64,000 bases of DNA from Actinomycetota bacterium (GCA_030019215.1 JASEEZ010000002.1:12081-76080), one strand, 5' to 3'; counted from the first letter of the stretch, positions 39,066 to 49,139 are shown. Made by a program: numbers and translations. The notes: generated from the letters alone by a model not told the origin.

Positions 39066-40439
39066 TTGATCGTGGAAATGAGTAAAAAATTCTTCATTCG
39101 AACATTCGGTTGCCAGATGAACAAACACGACTCGGAGAGGATGGCGGGGATGCTACTCAAGGAGGGATATGCGCCCGCCAAGAGTCCTCAGGCCGCCGAT
39201 GTCATCGTTTTCAACACCTGCTGCGTGAGACGCCATGCCGAGGAGAGACTCTACGGCAACGTCAATGTCCTGAAATCCCTCAAAAAAGAGAGGCCCGATG
39301 TGATCATCGCCGTCGGTGGCTGCCTGCCTCAAAAATATGGCGAGGAAGTCTTAAGGAGAGCTCCCCACGTCGATGTGGTCTTCGGCACACACAATCTGCC
39401 CAATCTTCCCAAGCTCATTCGGCTCGCGGAGAGAAATTCATCCCCGATCTGTGAGATATGGCCGGGGACACAAACTTTCCCAACAGAACTTCCATCCCTG
39501 CGGGAAAAGAGATTTCAGGCCTGGGTTCCCATAACCATCGGATGCAACAACTTCTGTAGCTATTGCGTGGTCCCCTATGTTAGAGGTAGGGAAACTAGTC
39601 GCCCGATACAGGATATCTGTCGGGAAGTCCGGGATTTGGCCGAAGAGGGGGTAATCGAGATAACCCTCCTGGGACAGAACGTCAACTCCTACGGGCGGGA
39701 TCTCTATGGCCGGAGTCGCTTTGCCGCCCTGCTTCGAGAGTTAAACAAGATCGAAGAAGTTCAAAGGATAAGATTCACCACCTCCCACCCCAAGGACCTG
39801 AGCGACGAGATCATCGAGGCCGTGGCCGAGTGCGACAAGGTCTGCGAGCACATCCACCTTCCGTTTCAAGCGGGCTCAGATAAAATTCTTAAAGCTATGA
39901 ATCGAAGTTACACAAAGCAACAGTACCTGGAGATAACCAAGAAAATCCGCGAGAAAATTCCCGGGGTGAGCATCACCACCGACATCATGGTGGGATTCCC
40001 CGGCGAGACCGAGGAGGATTTTCAGGAAACACTCGATGTGGTCAGAAAAGTCCGATTTGACCAGGCCTTCACCTTCATCTACTCGCCCAGACCCGGGACA
40101 CCGGCAGCGGAGATGGGGGAACAAATCCCAGAGAAAGTGAAGATGGACAGGTTCAATCAGCTCGTCTCCCTCCAAAACCGGGTAACTCTAGAAGAAAGCT
40201 CAAAGATGGTGGGAAAAAGCGTGGAGGTCCTGGTGGAAAACGTAAGCAAGAAAGATCCAAGAATGCTTACGGGAAGAACCAGAAGCAATAAAGTGGTTCA
40301 TTTTCCGGGATCAAAGAAATTAATTAACCAGATAGTTCAAGTCATCATAGGGGAAGCTCACCCCTGGCACCTGATCGGAGAAGTAGTCATCAGAGGCCAG
40401 TGTTCAGTTCGGAGCTCGGAATTAGAAATTCAGAATTAG
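39066..40439 (+). CDS. miaB: tRNA-2-methylthio-N6-dimethylallyladenosine synthase MiaB
   Basis: MTTase N-domain with FGCQMN, radical SAM core CNNFCSYC, and a TRAM domain. The start may instead be the ATG at 39081. Confidence 0.9.
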   Translation: MIVEMSKKFFIRTFGCQMNKHDSERMAGMLLKEGYAPAKSPQAADVIVFNTCCVRRHAEERLYGNVNVLKSLKKERPDVIIAVGGCLPQKYGEEVLRRAPHVDVVFGTHNLPNLPKLIRLAERNSSPICEIWPGTQTFPTELPSLREKRFQAWVPITIGCNNFCSYCVVPYVRGRETSRPIQDICREVRDLAEEGVIEITLLGQNVNSYGRDLYGRSRFAALLRELNKIEEVQRIRFTTSHPKDLSDEIIEAVAECDKVCEHIHLPFQAGSDKILKAMNRSYTKQQYLEITKKIREKIPGVSITTDIMVGFPGETEEDFQETLDVVRKVRFDQAFTFIYSPRPGTPAAEMGEQIPEKVKMDRFNQLVSLQNRVTLEESSKMVGKSVEVLVENVSKKDPRMLTGRTRSNKVVHFPGSKKLINQIVQVIIGEAHPWHLIGEVVIRGQCSVRSSELEIQN

Positions 40440-40476
40440 GCAGAGAGCATAGAGACAAGCGCGGAGAGACAAAAGA

Positions 40477-40570
40477 TTTTTCGCTAAGCTCCATGCTCTG
40501 AGCTCTAAGCTAATAAATCTGTCAACTGTGAACGAATTTCTAATAACGAATTGCGAATAACTAATTTTTC
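40477..40570. repeat. Intergenic repeat element copy 1: (GCTCTNA) heptamer tandem array plus conserved tail ataaatctgtcaactgtgaac
   Basis: Sequence tttttcgctaagctccatgctctgagctctaagctaataaatctgtcaactgtgaac. It aligns to 41155-41226. Confidence 0.6.
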
Positions 40571-40606
40571 ATCCGACAGGTTGAGCACCAGAAATAGGGG
40601 AACACA

Positions 40607-41140
40607 ATGGCCAAGCGAAAAAGGAAACAAGAGAGTGCCCCGGTCAAGATCGCCAGGGAGGCGATAGAGGCATATATATGCGAAGGAAAGATAATCGAGC
40701 CCCCGAAAGATACCCCAGAAAATTTACTAAGCAGGCAGGCCGGCGTTTTTGTCTCCCTAAAGATCGGGAACATGCTCAGGGGATGCATAGGAACGATGTG
40801 TCCCACCCAGCCCAACATTGCCCTGGAGATAATCAGAAGCGCCATCCAGTCCGCCACCTGGGATCCCCGTTTTCCCCCGGTGCAACCACCTGAGCTCTCG
40901 GATCTGGTCTACTCTGTGGATATCATGGAGGAGCCGGAGGAGGTCCCGGACGAGAGTCACCTGAATCCCAAAGAATACGGGGTGATCGTGGAGAGTGGCC
41001 CCTGCATCGGAGTCTTGTTGCCGGACCTCGATGGCGTAGATACCGTTGAGCAACAGGTGAACATTGCTAGGAGAAAAGCCGGCATCGCCTCTGGCAAACC
41101 AGTGAAACTATACAGGTTCAAGGTAACGAGGCATAGGTAA
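40607..41140 (+). CDS. AMMECR1-domain protein (AmmeMemoRadiSam system protein A-like)
   Basis: A 177-aa ORF with LRGCIGT and the conserved AMMECR1 core. Confidence 0.8.
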   Translation: MAKRKRKQESAPVKIAREAIEAYICEGKIIEPPKDTPENLLSRQAGVFVSLKIGNMLRGCIGTMCPTQPNIALEIIRSAIQSATWDPRFPPVQPPELSDLVYSVDIMEEPEEVPDESHLNPKEYGVIVESGPCIGVLLPDLDGVDTVEQQVNIARRKAGIASGKPVKLYRFKVTRHR

Positions 41141-41154
41141 GTAAGGGTGGAAGG

Positions 41155-41226
41155 TTTTTCTCTAAGCTCTAAGCTCCGAGCTCTAAGCTGATAACTGATA
41201 AATCCGTCAACTGTGAACTGCCTGCC
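41155..41226. repeat. Intergenic repeat element copy 2: (CTCTAAG)x4 plus conserved tail ataaatccgtcaactgtgaac
   Basis: Sequence tttttctctaagctctaagctccgagctctaagctgataactgataaatccgtcaactgtgaac, in direct orientation relative to copy 1. The two copies flank the AMMECR1 gene. Confidence 0.6.
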
Positions 41227-41323
41227 AGCGCCTGAGCGCAGCGATGGCGGGCAGGGGCACTGGCGGGCAGGTCGGGAGTGGGGAGTGTCACCTTAATTTA
41301 TAAAGGGCTTCAAGGGGAGTTGG

Positions 41324-42871
41324 ATGGTTGAAATTACTGTGTTTGACGGAGCAGATTCTATAGGGGGCTCGAAGATTCACTTGCTGGCGGGCGATGTCGG
41401 CTTCTTTCTCGACTTTGGAGTCAATTTCAAGAAATATGGCCTGTATTTCGAGGAGTTTCTGCAGCCCCGCTCCGCCCGGGGAATTTACGATCTTTTAACC
41501 CTCAAACTCATCCCACCCCTTGAAGGCATCTACCGTAAGGATCTTTTCCCCACCGATCTGAAGATAGAATCGGGCATCAGACCCAAAGTGGATGCCGTAT
41601 TCATAAGCCACGCGCACATGGATCACTGCGGAAACGTGGGCCTGCTCGACGGATGCCTTCCCCTCTACTGTTCCTCCATGACCGCTGTCATCTGCAAGGC
41701 CATGCAAGTTAGCGGACAATCGAGCTTCGAAGGCGAGGTCGCCTACACCACACCCAGGGGACCGGCCAAGGACAATCCCCTAGCGATAGGGACCCAGAGG
41801 AATGCTATTTGCACAAGTCGCCCCATCTATCTGGTCGATGATGCCACATCAGATGAACTGGATGACTTCTGGCAGACGACTTATTCATCCAAGAAGCTGG
41901 ATGTGGTCTTTCCCTCGAAGGCGAATGCCAGGATCGGAGAGGTGAGCTTCAAAGCCTTTCCGGTCGATCACTCAATATTTGGGGCGACCTGCTACGCTTT
42001 TGAGACCGAGGCCGGCTGGATCGCCTACACCGGTGATTTTCGTCTTCACGGGGCGAGGGGAAATTTAAGCCGCGCCTGCGCGGAAGAGCTGGCGAAGCTG
42101 AAACCGCGAGTCCTCATCATCGAGGGGACGAATATAAAAGAGAAGAAGAGAGCGGGGGAGGACGAGGTTCATTCAAACTGCTTAAGGGAGGTCAAAGGCG
42201 CTTCAGGTGAGCTCGTGATCGCAGATTTTAGTCCCCGCAATATCGACCGGCTGCTGACCTTCCTTAAGATGGCACGGGAGACAGACCGAAAACTCACCAT
42301 CACCACCAAGGATGCATTTTTGCTCCACGCTATGAGACTGGCCGACAAAGACATCCCTGATGTCCTAGCCGATCCCCACCTTTACATCTTTGAAGAGATA
42401 AGGGCATCTCGAAATCTCTGGGAGCGCGATTTCATCGGGGTGCTGTATGGGGATAAATACATAAGGGCAAGCGAGATTAAGAAGGATCAGGAGAGTTTCA
42501 TTCTGGCCTTCAGCTTCTGGGACCTAAAGCACCTTTTAGACATCATGCCCAGAGGGGGAATCTATGTCTACTCCACCAGCGAGGCCTTTACCGAGGAACA
42601 AGAGATAGACATCCAGAGGCTCAAGAACTGGCTGGATTTCTTCAACATAAGACCGGTCGGCTTTGAAGTAAGCGATGGGGAAATCAAGTTTTTGCCGGGC
42701 TATCACGCCTCGGGCCACATCTCGGGCGAGGAGCTAATCCAGGCGCTCAGAGAAATAAGACCTGAGTGTGTGATCCCCGTTCACACTGAGCATCCCGAGC
42801 TCTTTGCGGAATATCTGGGCAAGGAAATGAAAGTCATCTTGCCAGAGGAAGGCAAACCGATAAGCTTTTGA
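41324..42871 (+). CDS. MBL-fold metallo-hydrolase (beta-lactamase superfamily; possibly a beta-CASP-like RNA-metabolising enzyme)
   Basis: Motifs FISHAHMDHCG and GDFRLHG in a 515-aa product. Confidence 0.7.
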   Translation: MVEITVFDGADSIGGSKIHLLAGDVGFFLDFGVNFKKYGLYFEEFLQPRSARGIYDLLTLKLIPPLEGIYRKDLFPTDLKIESGIRPKVDAVFISHAHMDHCGNVGLLDGCLPLYCSSMTAVICKAMQVSGQSSFEGEVAYTTPRGPAKDNPLAIGTQRNAICTSRPIYLVDDATSDELDDFWQTTYSSKKLDVVFPSKANARIGEVSFKAFPVDHSIFGATCYAFETEAGWIAYTGDFRLHGARGNLSRACAEELAKLKPRVLIIEGTNIKEKKRAGEDEVHSNCLREVKGASGELVIADFSPRNIDRLLTFLKMARETDRKLTITTKDAFLLHAMRLADKDIPDVLADPHLYIFEEIRASRNLWERDFIGVLYGDKYIRASEIKKDQESFILAFSFWDLKHLLDIMPRGGIYVYSTSEAFTEEQEIDIQRLKNWLDFFNIRPVGFEVSDGEIKFLPGYHASGHISGEELIQALREIRPECVIPVHTEHPELFAEYLGKEMKVILPEEGKPISF

Positions 42872-43114
42872 ATTAGACCAAATTGTCTGCGAATCCAGAA
42901 AATTACAAGAAAGAACTCGCCGCAAACGGCTGGGAGGTGACCGAGTCCGGTTTCATGACCACCGAGGAAGGACAAGTAGGAGTTTTTAACGTGGTTAAAG
43001 GTGCCAGAAAGGGGACCGTCACCTTTGCCACAACCGACGAGGGCACGACCATATCGGTTAACGTTTATAGCGAGTAGTTTGAAGATAGTTTGAGGATAAC
43101 AGTTCCAACGATCA

Positions 43115-44496
43115 TCATTCAAGCACTGTGTGAACGATTCTATTTCCTCCAGCATTCTTGGCCATATAGAGGGCTTTATCGGCCACTCCGAGGAGGCTCT
43201 TTAGGTTCTTGCCGTCCTGGGGATAAGCAACCAGTCCCAGACTCACAGTCAGTTTGCCAAGCTCTTTTTTCTTTTGAGGAAAATCATGGTGCTCTATTGA
43301 AGTCCGAATCCTTTCAGCAACCTCGATGGCTTCACTCTTGCCGGTTTGAGGAAGGATGACACAGAACTCATCCCCGCCATATCTGGCCACAATATCCACA
43401 TCGCGGACGCACGCTCTAAGTGGGTCGGCCGCTCCTTTAAGAATCTCATTTCCCACCAGGTGACCACAGCTATCGTTGTATGTCTTAAAATTATCCAGGT
43501 CCAAAAGGATAAGGGAGACCGGTTTCTCGTAGCGCTGGGCTCGCTTTATCTCCTCCTCCAGGTGGTTCTGAAAATACCTGTAGTTAAAAAGGCCCGTGAG
43601 CTCATCCTTTATCGAACACTCCCTAAGGGCCTCTTCGGCTTGCTTTTTCTCGGTAACGTCTCTCGCGAAACTTATTGCGGCGATTACGTTGTTCTCCTCA
43701 TCAAAAATTGGAATACCCTGTGCATCAAAGTATTTCACCACACCCCCTATGACAGCCAACTTTTCCATGCGAGTTGCCTTGCCATCTTTAAAAACGGGTT
43801 GAACGGGGCACTCCTTACAGGGTCTACCTCGATTCTGAAATATTTTGTAGCACTTTTTTTCGATGGCATCCTTGGGGCTCAGCTTAAACATCTTAAGCCG
43901 AGCTTTATTTGCATCCACTACATTAAAATCCCTGTCCACGACACATATCATATCATCGATGGAATCGAACACCGCTTTGAGTCTGTCCGCTGTTTTCTTC
44001 ACCCCTTCATTTACCCGCTTTAGTTCGGTGATATCCCGCTCTGCCTGCCGCTTGAGCTCGGCGAGATGCTGCTCTACCCGCTTGAGATCGGTTATTTCTT
44101 CAATGACTACTGTGATGCCGGCCATTCTATCACCCGCCTTAAGGGGAGAGATAGAAAAACGCATCTTCAGTACGCGACCATCGGGGTTTTTATTTCTCCC
44201 TCGCGAGTGGCTGGCTCGCCGGTCTTAAGCACTTTCTCTGCAGGACAGGACAGGCGACACTTCCACTTTGGATCGCCGAAGACACGCCAACACTTCTTGC
44301 CCTTGGCCTCTTTGGCCATCCAGCCCGTAAGCCGCTCAGCCGCCGGGTTAGTGTAAACGATATTTCTATCCTGATCGCACACGAAGACTGCTTCCCCCAT
44401 GGAAACAAGCACTGCTTTGGCGATCATATTTGGCTCTTTCGACTCGTTCTCCATGATTTTTGCTCCCCCTATCACCACTGAAGAGCGCTTAAACAA
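43115..44496 (-). pseudogene. PAS-PAS-GGDEF diguanylate cyclase, split by a 1-nt frameshift in a homopolymer tract at about 44183-44195
   Basis: ORF 44167..44496 holds the first half of PAS1 (ending ...GEPATREGEIKTP). The -1 frame continues as DGRVLKMRFSISPLKAGD..., which opens ORF 43115..44164 with the rest of PAS1, a full PAS2 and GGDEF (RYGGDEFCVIL). Both PAS domains carry a Cys motif. Confidence 0.8.
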
Positions 44497-44658
44497 TAGA
44501 AAATCAGATGAACATCGTCGACCAATTCTGCTACCCTAATAATCAGTTTACTCTTGTTAAGCAAACCTGAAAAGAGAAATGCAAAAAGCAACCAAATAGG
44601 ATTTTGGAAAGATTCAGAGAACTTAAAAGCGAGGAAGCAGCCAAAATGGAGATACTAG

Positions 44659-45627
44659 GTGAAGAGGGGTAAAGAAAAGCTATTGGTGTTAGTCGGTCCC
44701 ACGGCGGTGGGAAAGAGCACGATCGCCATCAAGCTTGCAAAGAGACTCGATGGTGAAATCATCTCGGCCGACTCAATGCAAATATACAAGGGAATGGACA
44801 TTGGAACAGCCAAGCCCGATTTGAGAGAAAGAGAAAGGATAGGACATCATCTCATCGACATCGTCGAACCCTCGGAGGACTTCAGTGTGGCAGAATACCA
44901 GAGACTAGCCCGTGCCACCATGGAGAAAATCGCCCAAAGGAGAAAACTTCCGATATTGGTTGGCGGCTCGGGATTGTATATAAGAAGCGTTATCGACGAA
45001 CTCGAATTCCCCGGTGGCACCCTGAAATCCCCAGTCCGTCGTGAGCTTGAGGAGCGAGCAAAGAGCGATCCGAAAAGTCTCTATGAGGAACTTCAAAGAC
45101 TTGATCCCAAGGCGGCAGAGAAGATTCATCCCCACAACCTCAGGCGAATAATCCGGGCTCTGGAGGTAATCAAGCTCACGGGCAAAACCTTCACGGAATA
45201 TCAGAAAGAGTGGCAAAAGAGAGAGTCAATCTACGACCTCAAGATGGTTGGCCTCAGCTTACCTCGAGAAAAACTTTATGCTAAGATAGATGAACGAGTG
45301 GACGAAATGCTCCAAAAAGGACTTTTGGAAGAGGTCAAAACCCTCGTTTCCTCAGGTTATTCCAGGGCCATTACTGCCCGCCAGGCACTGGGCTATAAAG
45401 AGCTTCTGGACCATTTGGAGGGGAAGAGGTCTCTGGGGGATGCCGTTCAACTCATCAAACAGAGGACGAGAAATTTCGCCAAACGGCAGTTGACCTGGTT
45501 TAAACAAGACCCCAGAATCAAGTGGTTTGACGTCAGCAACAAGACGATGAACCAGGTGGCTTCCGAAATAATCGACTTCCTGCAAACAGAAGGGTTCTTA
45601 CCAGGAGGTAAGCACTGGGAAAGATAA
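44659..45627 (+). CDS. miaA: tRNA dimethylallyltransferase MiaA
   Basis: P-loop GPTAVGKS and the IPT family core. Confidence 0.9.
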   Translation: MKRGKEKLLVLVGPTAVGKSTIAIKLAKRLDGEIISADSMQIYKGMDIGTAKPDLRERERIGHHLIDIVEPSEDFSVAEYQRLARATMEKIAQRRKLPILVGGSGLYIRSVIDELEFPGGTLKSPVRRELEERAKSDPKSLYEELQRLDPKAAEKIHPHNLRRIIRALEVIKLTGKTFTEYQKEWQKRESIYDLKMVGLSLPREKLYAKIDERVDEMLQKGLLEEVKTLVSSGYSRAITARQALGYKELLDHLEGKRSLGDAVQLIKQRTRNFAKRQLTWFKQDPRIKWFDVSNKTMNQVASEIIDFLQTEGFLPGGKHWER

Positions 45628-45677
45628 AATTCGCCAAGGCTCAAGGAGCAGGCAATGATTTCATCCTCATAGAGGAT

Positions 45678-46469
45678 TTGAAGAACGAGCTGAACTTCAC
45701 ACCGGAATGGGTCAGGGGAATTTGCGATCGCCATTTTGGAATCGGAGCCGATGGGCTGATGATAATTCGCCCCTCTCAAAAGGCGGACTTCTCCATGGTC
45801 TTCTTCAACCCCGATGGTTCACGCGCGGAGATGTGCGGCAACGGCATCCGTTGCTTTGTCAAGTATCTCTACGATCACAGTCTGACTAAAAAGAGGACCC
45901 TCTCCATCGAGACGATGGGAGGGGTAAAGCAAGTGACCTTGATCGTCGATGGCAATAGGGCAACCGGCGCGCGCGTCGATATGGGAACACCCAGCTTCAA
46001 TCCTTCGGATATCCCCATGAAATCGAAGAAGGAGGCGATCGGCAAGCTCTTGGAGATAAACAGGGAAAAGTTCAGAGTGACCTGCCTTTCCGTGGGCAAT
46101 CCTCACTGTGTAATCTTCGTCGAGGAAGTAAGTGATGCACCCGTAAGAACTCTTGGCCCCGTCGTTGAAAACTGGCCCATCTTTCCACAAAAGACGAATG
46201 TGGAATTTGCAGAGGTGATAAATCCAACAGAGATGCGATTGAGAGTCTGGGAGAGGGGAGCCGGAGAGACACTCGCCTGCGGAACGGGGGCCTGCGCTGC
46301 CCTGGTGGCAGCCGTAAGGAATGGTTTAACAAAAAAGGGGGCCACAATCCATTTACCTGGCGGGGACCTCCGCGTAGAGTGGAGCGAGGATGATCACATT
46401 TATCTAACTGGTCTCGCCGAAGAGATTTTTACCGGGGAGATCTCTCCAGACTGGACCCGAGGAGTTTGA
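45678..46469 (+). CDS. dapF: Diaminopimelate epimerase (conserved N-terminus extends upstream to about 45615 without a canonical start)
   Basis: Catalytic Cys pair in MCGNG and CGTGACA. The upstream in-frame sequence IKFAKAQGAGNDFILIED is the canonical DapF N-terminus but has no ATG/GTG/TTG. Confidence 0.85.
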   Translation: MKNELNFTPEWVRGICDRHFGIGADGLMIIRPSQKADFSMVFFNPDGSRAEMCGNGIRCFVKYLYDHSLTKKRTLSIETMGGVKQVTLIVDGNRATGARVDMGTPSFNPSDIPMKSKKEAIGKLLEINREKFRVTCLSVGNPHCVIFVEEVSDAPVRTLGPVVENWPIFPQKTNVEFAEVINPTEMRLRVWERGAGETLACGTGACAALVAAVRNGLTKKGATIHLPGGDLRVEWSEDDHIYLTGLAEEIFTGEISPDWTRGV

Positions 46470-46481
46470 AGGAGGAGGAAG

Positions 46482-47639
46482 TTGAGACAAGCAAGAAGGA
46501 TCGAGAATCTGCCACCATATCTCTTCGCCGAGATAGACAGGAAAATCGCCGAGAAAAAGGCACAAGGGATGGATGTCATAAGTCTGGGAATTGGCGATCC
46601 TATTGAACCCACCCCCGAGCACATAATCAAAAAGCTCTGTGAGGAGGCCCATAACCCGGCCAACCATCGTTATCCATCCTATTTCGGGCTGCCCGAATTC
46701 CGAAAAGCCATCACCGAGTGGTACCAGAAGAGATTTGGCGTGACGCTGGATCCCGATACTGAAGTATTGCCGTTGATCGGCTCAAAAGAGGGAATTGCCC
46801 ACATCTACCTGGCTCTAACGGATCAGGGCGACATCTCGTTGGTTGCCGATCCCGGTTATCCAGTTTACACCACCGGTGCAATTCTGGCAGGAGCGAAACC
46901 CCGCCTCATGCCACTCCTGGTGGAAAACGATTTTCTACCTGATCTCTCAGACATAAACCCGGAGGTGGCCCAAAAGGCTAGGCTGATGTTCATCTGCTAT
47001 CCCAACAACCCCACGGCGGCCATAACTAAGCCGGGTTTCTTCGAAGAGGTGGTGGGGTTCGCCAGAACCTACGACATCGTGATCTGTCACGACAATCCCT
47101 ATTCTGAGATAACCTTCGACGGCTATGTGGCCCCAAGTTTTCTAGAAACGCCCGGTGCCAAGGAGGTGGGGGTGGAATTCCATTCCCTCTCCAAGACTTA
47201 CAACATGACCGGCTGGAGAATAGGCTTTGTGGTTGGAAATGCTAAGGTCGTCGAGGCTCTAGGGCGAGCCAAGACCAACATCGACTCCGGGATATTCAAC
47301 GCCATTCAATATGCGGGTATAGAGGCCCTCAGAGGCCCCCAGGACAGCGTGAAGAGGATGTGTGAGATCTACGCCCGCCGCCGGGATAAGGTGGTAGACG
47401 CCCTGAGAGGCATCGGGATAGAAACAGTTAAACCTAAAGCAACCATATACGTCTGGTTCCCAGTGCCCGAGGGTTTCACTTCAGCGAGCTTCGCCACACA
47501 CGTCCTCGAAAAAGCCGGCGTAGTCGTTCCCCCCGGCAGCGCCTATGGTTCTTCCGGGGAAGGTTATATTAGAATATCCTTGACAGTTAAGGACGACCGT
47601 CTGGAAGAAGCCCTGGATCGCATCAAGAAGACCTTATAG
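46482..47639 (+). CDS. dapL: LL-diaminopimelate aminotransferase (DapL-type, PLP fold type I)
   Basis: A 385-aa ORF with the PLP-Lys motif [14 protein letters not shown] and a DapL-like N-terminus [13 protein letters not shown]. Confidence 0.8.
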   Translation: MRQARRIENLPPYLFAEIDRKIAEKKAQGMDVISLGIGDPIEPTPEHIIKKLCEEAHNPANHRYPSYFGLPEFRKAITEWYQKRFGVTLDPDTEVLPLIGSKEGIAHIYLALTDQGDISLVADPGYPVYTTGAILAGAKPRLMPLLVENDFLPDLSDINPEVAQKARLMFICYPNNPTAAITKPGFFEEVVGFARTYDIVICHDNPYSEITFDGYVAPSFLETPGAKEVGVEFHSLSKTYNMTGWRIGFVVGNAKVVEALGRAKTNIDSGIFNAIQYAGIEALRGPQDSVKRMCEIYARRRDKVVDALRGIGIETVKPKATIYVWFPVPEGFTSASFATHVLEKAGVVVPPGSAYGSSGEGYIRISLTVKDDRLEEALDRIKKTL

Positions 47640-47696
47640 GAGGAAGAGAAGATACACCTTAACGAGATTGAAAAGGAACGCGCTATCCTAGTTGGG

Positions 47697-48947
47697 GTGC
47701 GATTCCCCACCACGAGCGCCGAAGCGACGGGAGAATCTCTAAACGAGTTGGAACAACTGGTCGTCACGGCAGGAGGGGAAGCAGTTTCCCGAGTCGTTCA
47801 GGAGAGAGAGGGTCCTCACAAGCGCACTTTCATTGGCTCGGGTAAGGCTGAGGAAATAAAAAATTTAGCCAATCTCCTCGGGGCAGATCTCATCGTCTTT
47901 GATCACGATCTCACCCCCTCCCAGGAACACAGCCTGGAGGATGCCATCGAGCGAAAGGTCCTGGATAGAACGGCTTTAATTCTGGATATCTTCGCCCAAC
48001 ACGCCCATTCAAGCGAAGGAAAGCTCCAGGTCGAACTAGCTCAAAATTTCTATCGTTTGCCCAGGTTGAGAGGGAAGGGAATAGAACTCTCAAGATTGGG
48101 TGGAGGTATAGGAACAAGGGGTCCCGGCGAAACAAAGCTCGAGGTAGATCGGCGACGAATTAGGCGCCGCATTCAGTACCTAAAAAAGGAGCTTCTTCGA
48201 GTGCGGCAAAATCGAGCAACCCAGCGAAAGAAACGCAAAAAGGCAGGGATCTCCAGCATCTCCATAGTCGGTTACACCAATGCCGGCAAATCAACTCTCC
48301 TAAATGCCCTAACCAAGGCCAACGTATTGGTTGAAGGCAAGCTCTTCGCCACGCTCGATTCTACCAGCCGCCGCCTTCTGCTCCCCAGCAAACAAACGGT
48401 AGTCTTCTCGGATACGGTGGGATTCATCAAAAAACTTCCTCACCAGCTGATTGCCTCCTTCAGGTCAACCCTGGATGAGGTCAAGGAAGCAAGTCTGATA
48501 CTACACATCATCGACGCCAGTCACCCGCAGATGGAAAAACAGATAGAGGCCGCGGAGAATGTATTAGAGGAGATAGGAGCGGCAGAGAAACTTCGACTAA
48601 ATGTCTTCAATAAGATCGATAGACTAAGCGAGATAGAGATAGAGCGATTGAGAAAGAGGTTCCCCGATGGCATCTTTATCTCCGCTCTTCTTGGCCAAGG
48701 AATCGAAAAATTACTGAAGGTCATTGACGAACGGGTTTCAAGGGAACGAGTGCGGGTTCGCCTTCAGATACCCTTTGAGCGAGGAGACTTAATCCAGAAG
48801 ATACATGAGGAAGGGAAGGTGATCTCCGAAAAGCATATCGCCAAAGGAACGGTCATACTTGCAGAGATACCCCTGCCCATCCTCAAAGAAGTGGAGGAGT
48901 TTATAAAAACTCCTCTTTGGGTAAAAAGAGAGGCAAAAACGATCTAG
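47697..48947 (+). CDS. hflX: GTPase HflX
   Basis: The HflX N-domain, then G domain motifs GYTNAGKSTL and DTVGF, and a C-terminal domain. The conserved N-terminal ERAILVGV is encoded in frame upstream of the first canonical start. Confidence 0.9.
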   Translation: MRFPTTSAEATGESLNELEQLVVTAGGEAVSRVVQEREGPHKRTFIGSGKAEEIKNLANLLGADLIVFDHDLTPSQEHSLEDAIERKVLDRTALILDIFAQHAHSSEGKLQVELAQNFYRLPRLRGKGIELSRLGGGIGTRGPGETKLEVDRRRIRRRIQYLKKELLRVRQNRATQRKKRKKAGISSISIVGYTNAGKSTLLNALTKANVLVEGKLFATLDSTSRRLLLPSKQTVVFSDTVGFIKKLPHQLIASFRSTLDEVKEASLILHIIDASHPQMEKQIEAAENVLEEIGAAEKLRLNVFNKIDRLSEIEIERLRKRFPDGIFISALLGQGIEKLLKVIDERVSRERVRVRLQIPFERGDLIQKIHEEGKVISEKHIAKGTVILAEIPLPILKEVEEFIKTPLWVKREAKTI

Positions 48948-49040
48948 TACCGTTACAACTTAATTTGCCCAATTAGTCTTACTCCGTTAGAAAAGTGACC
49001 TTCTAATGAGGTAAACTGAAAATAGTTGGAACGGCACTAG
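48944..49040. repeat. MITE-like element copy B (reverse orientation relative to copy A; TIRs ctagtaccgttacaact / agttggaacggcactag)
   Basis: The reverse complement of 30419-30514 aligns along its full length at roughly 80% identity. It overlaps the hflX stop codon. Confidence 0.65.
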
Positions 49041-49139
49041 CAAAATCTTCCCTTAAATAAAGAAGGATTTTCCAAAAATGCATTTAATTAAGTAAGTGAC
49101 AATTTTAACCAGTGGAGCCTCTTTGAAAGGAGGCGAACA

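Noticed and set aside
42883-43077. 64-aa ORF downstream of the MBL-fold gene
   Set aside because: It has a TTG start without a convincing RBS and lies convergent to the GGDEF gene's 3' end. The product looks globular, but the evidence is insufficient.
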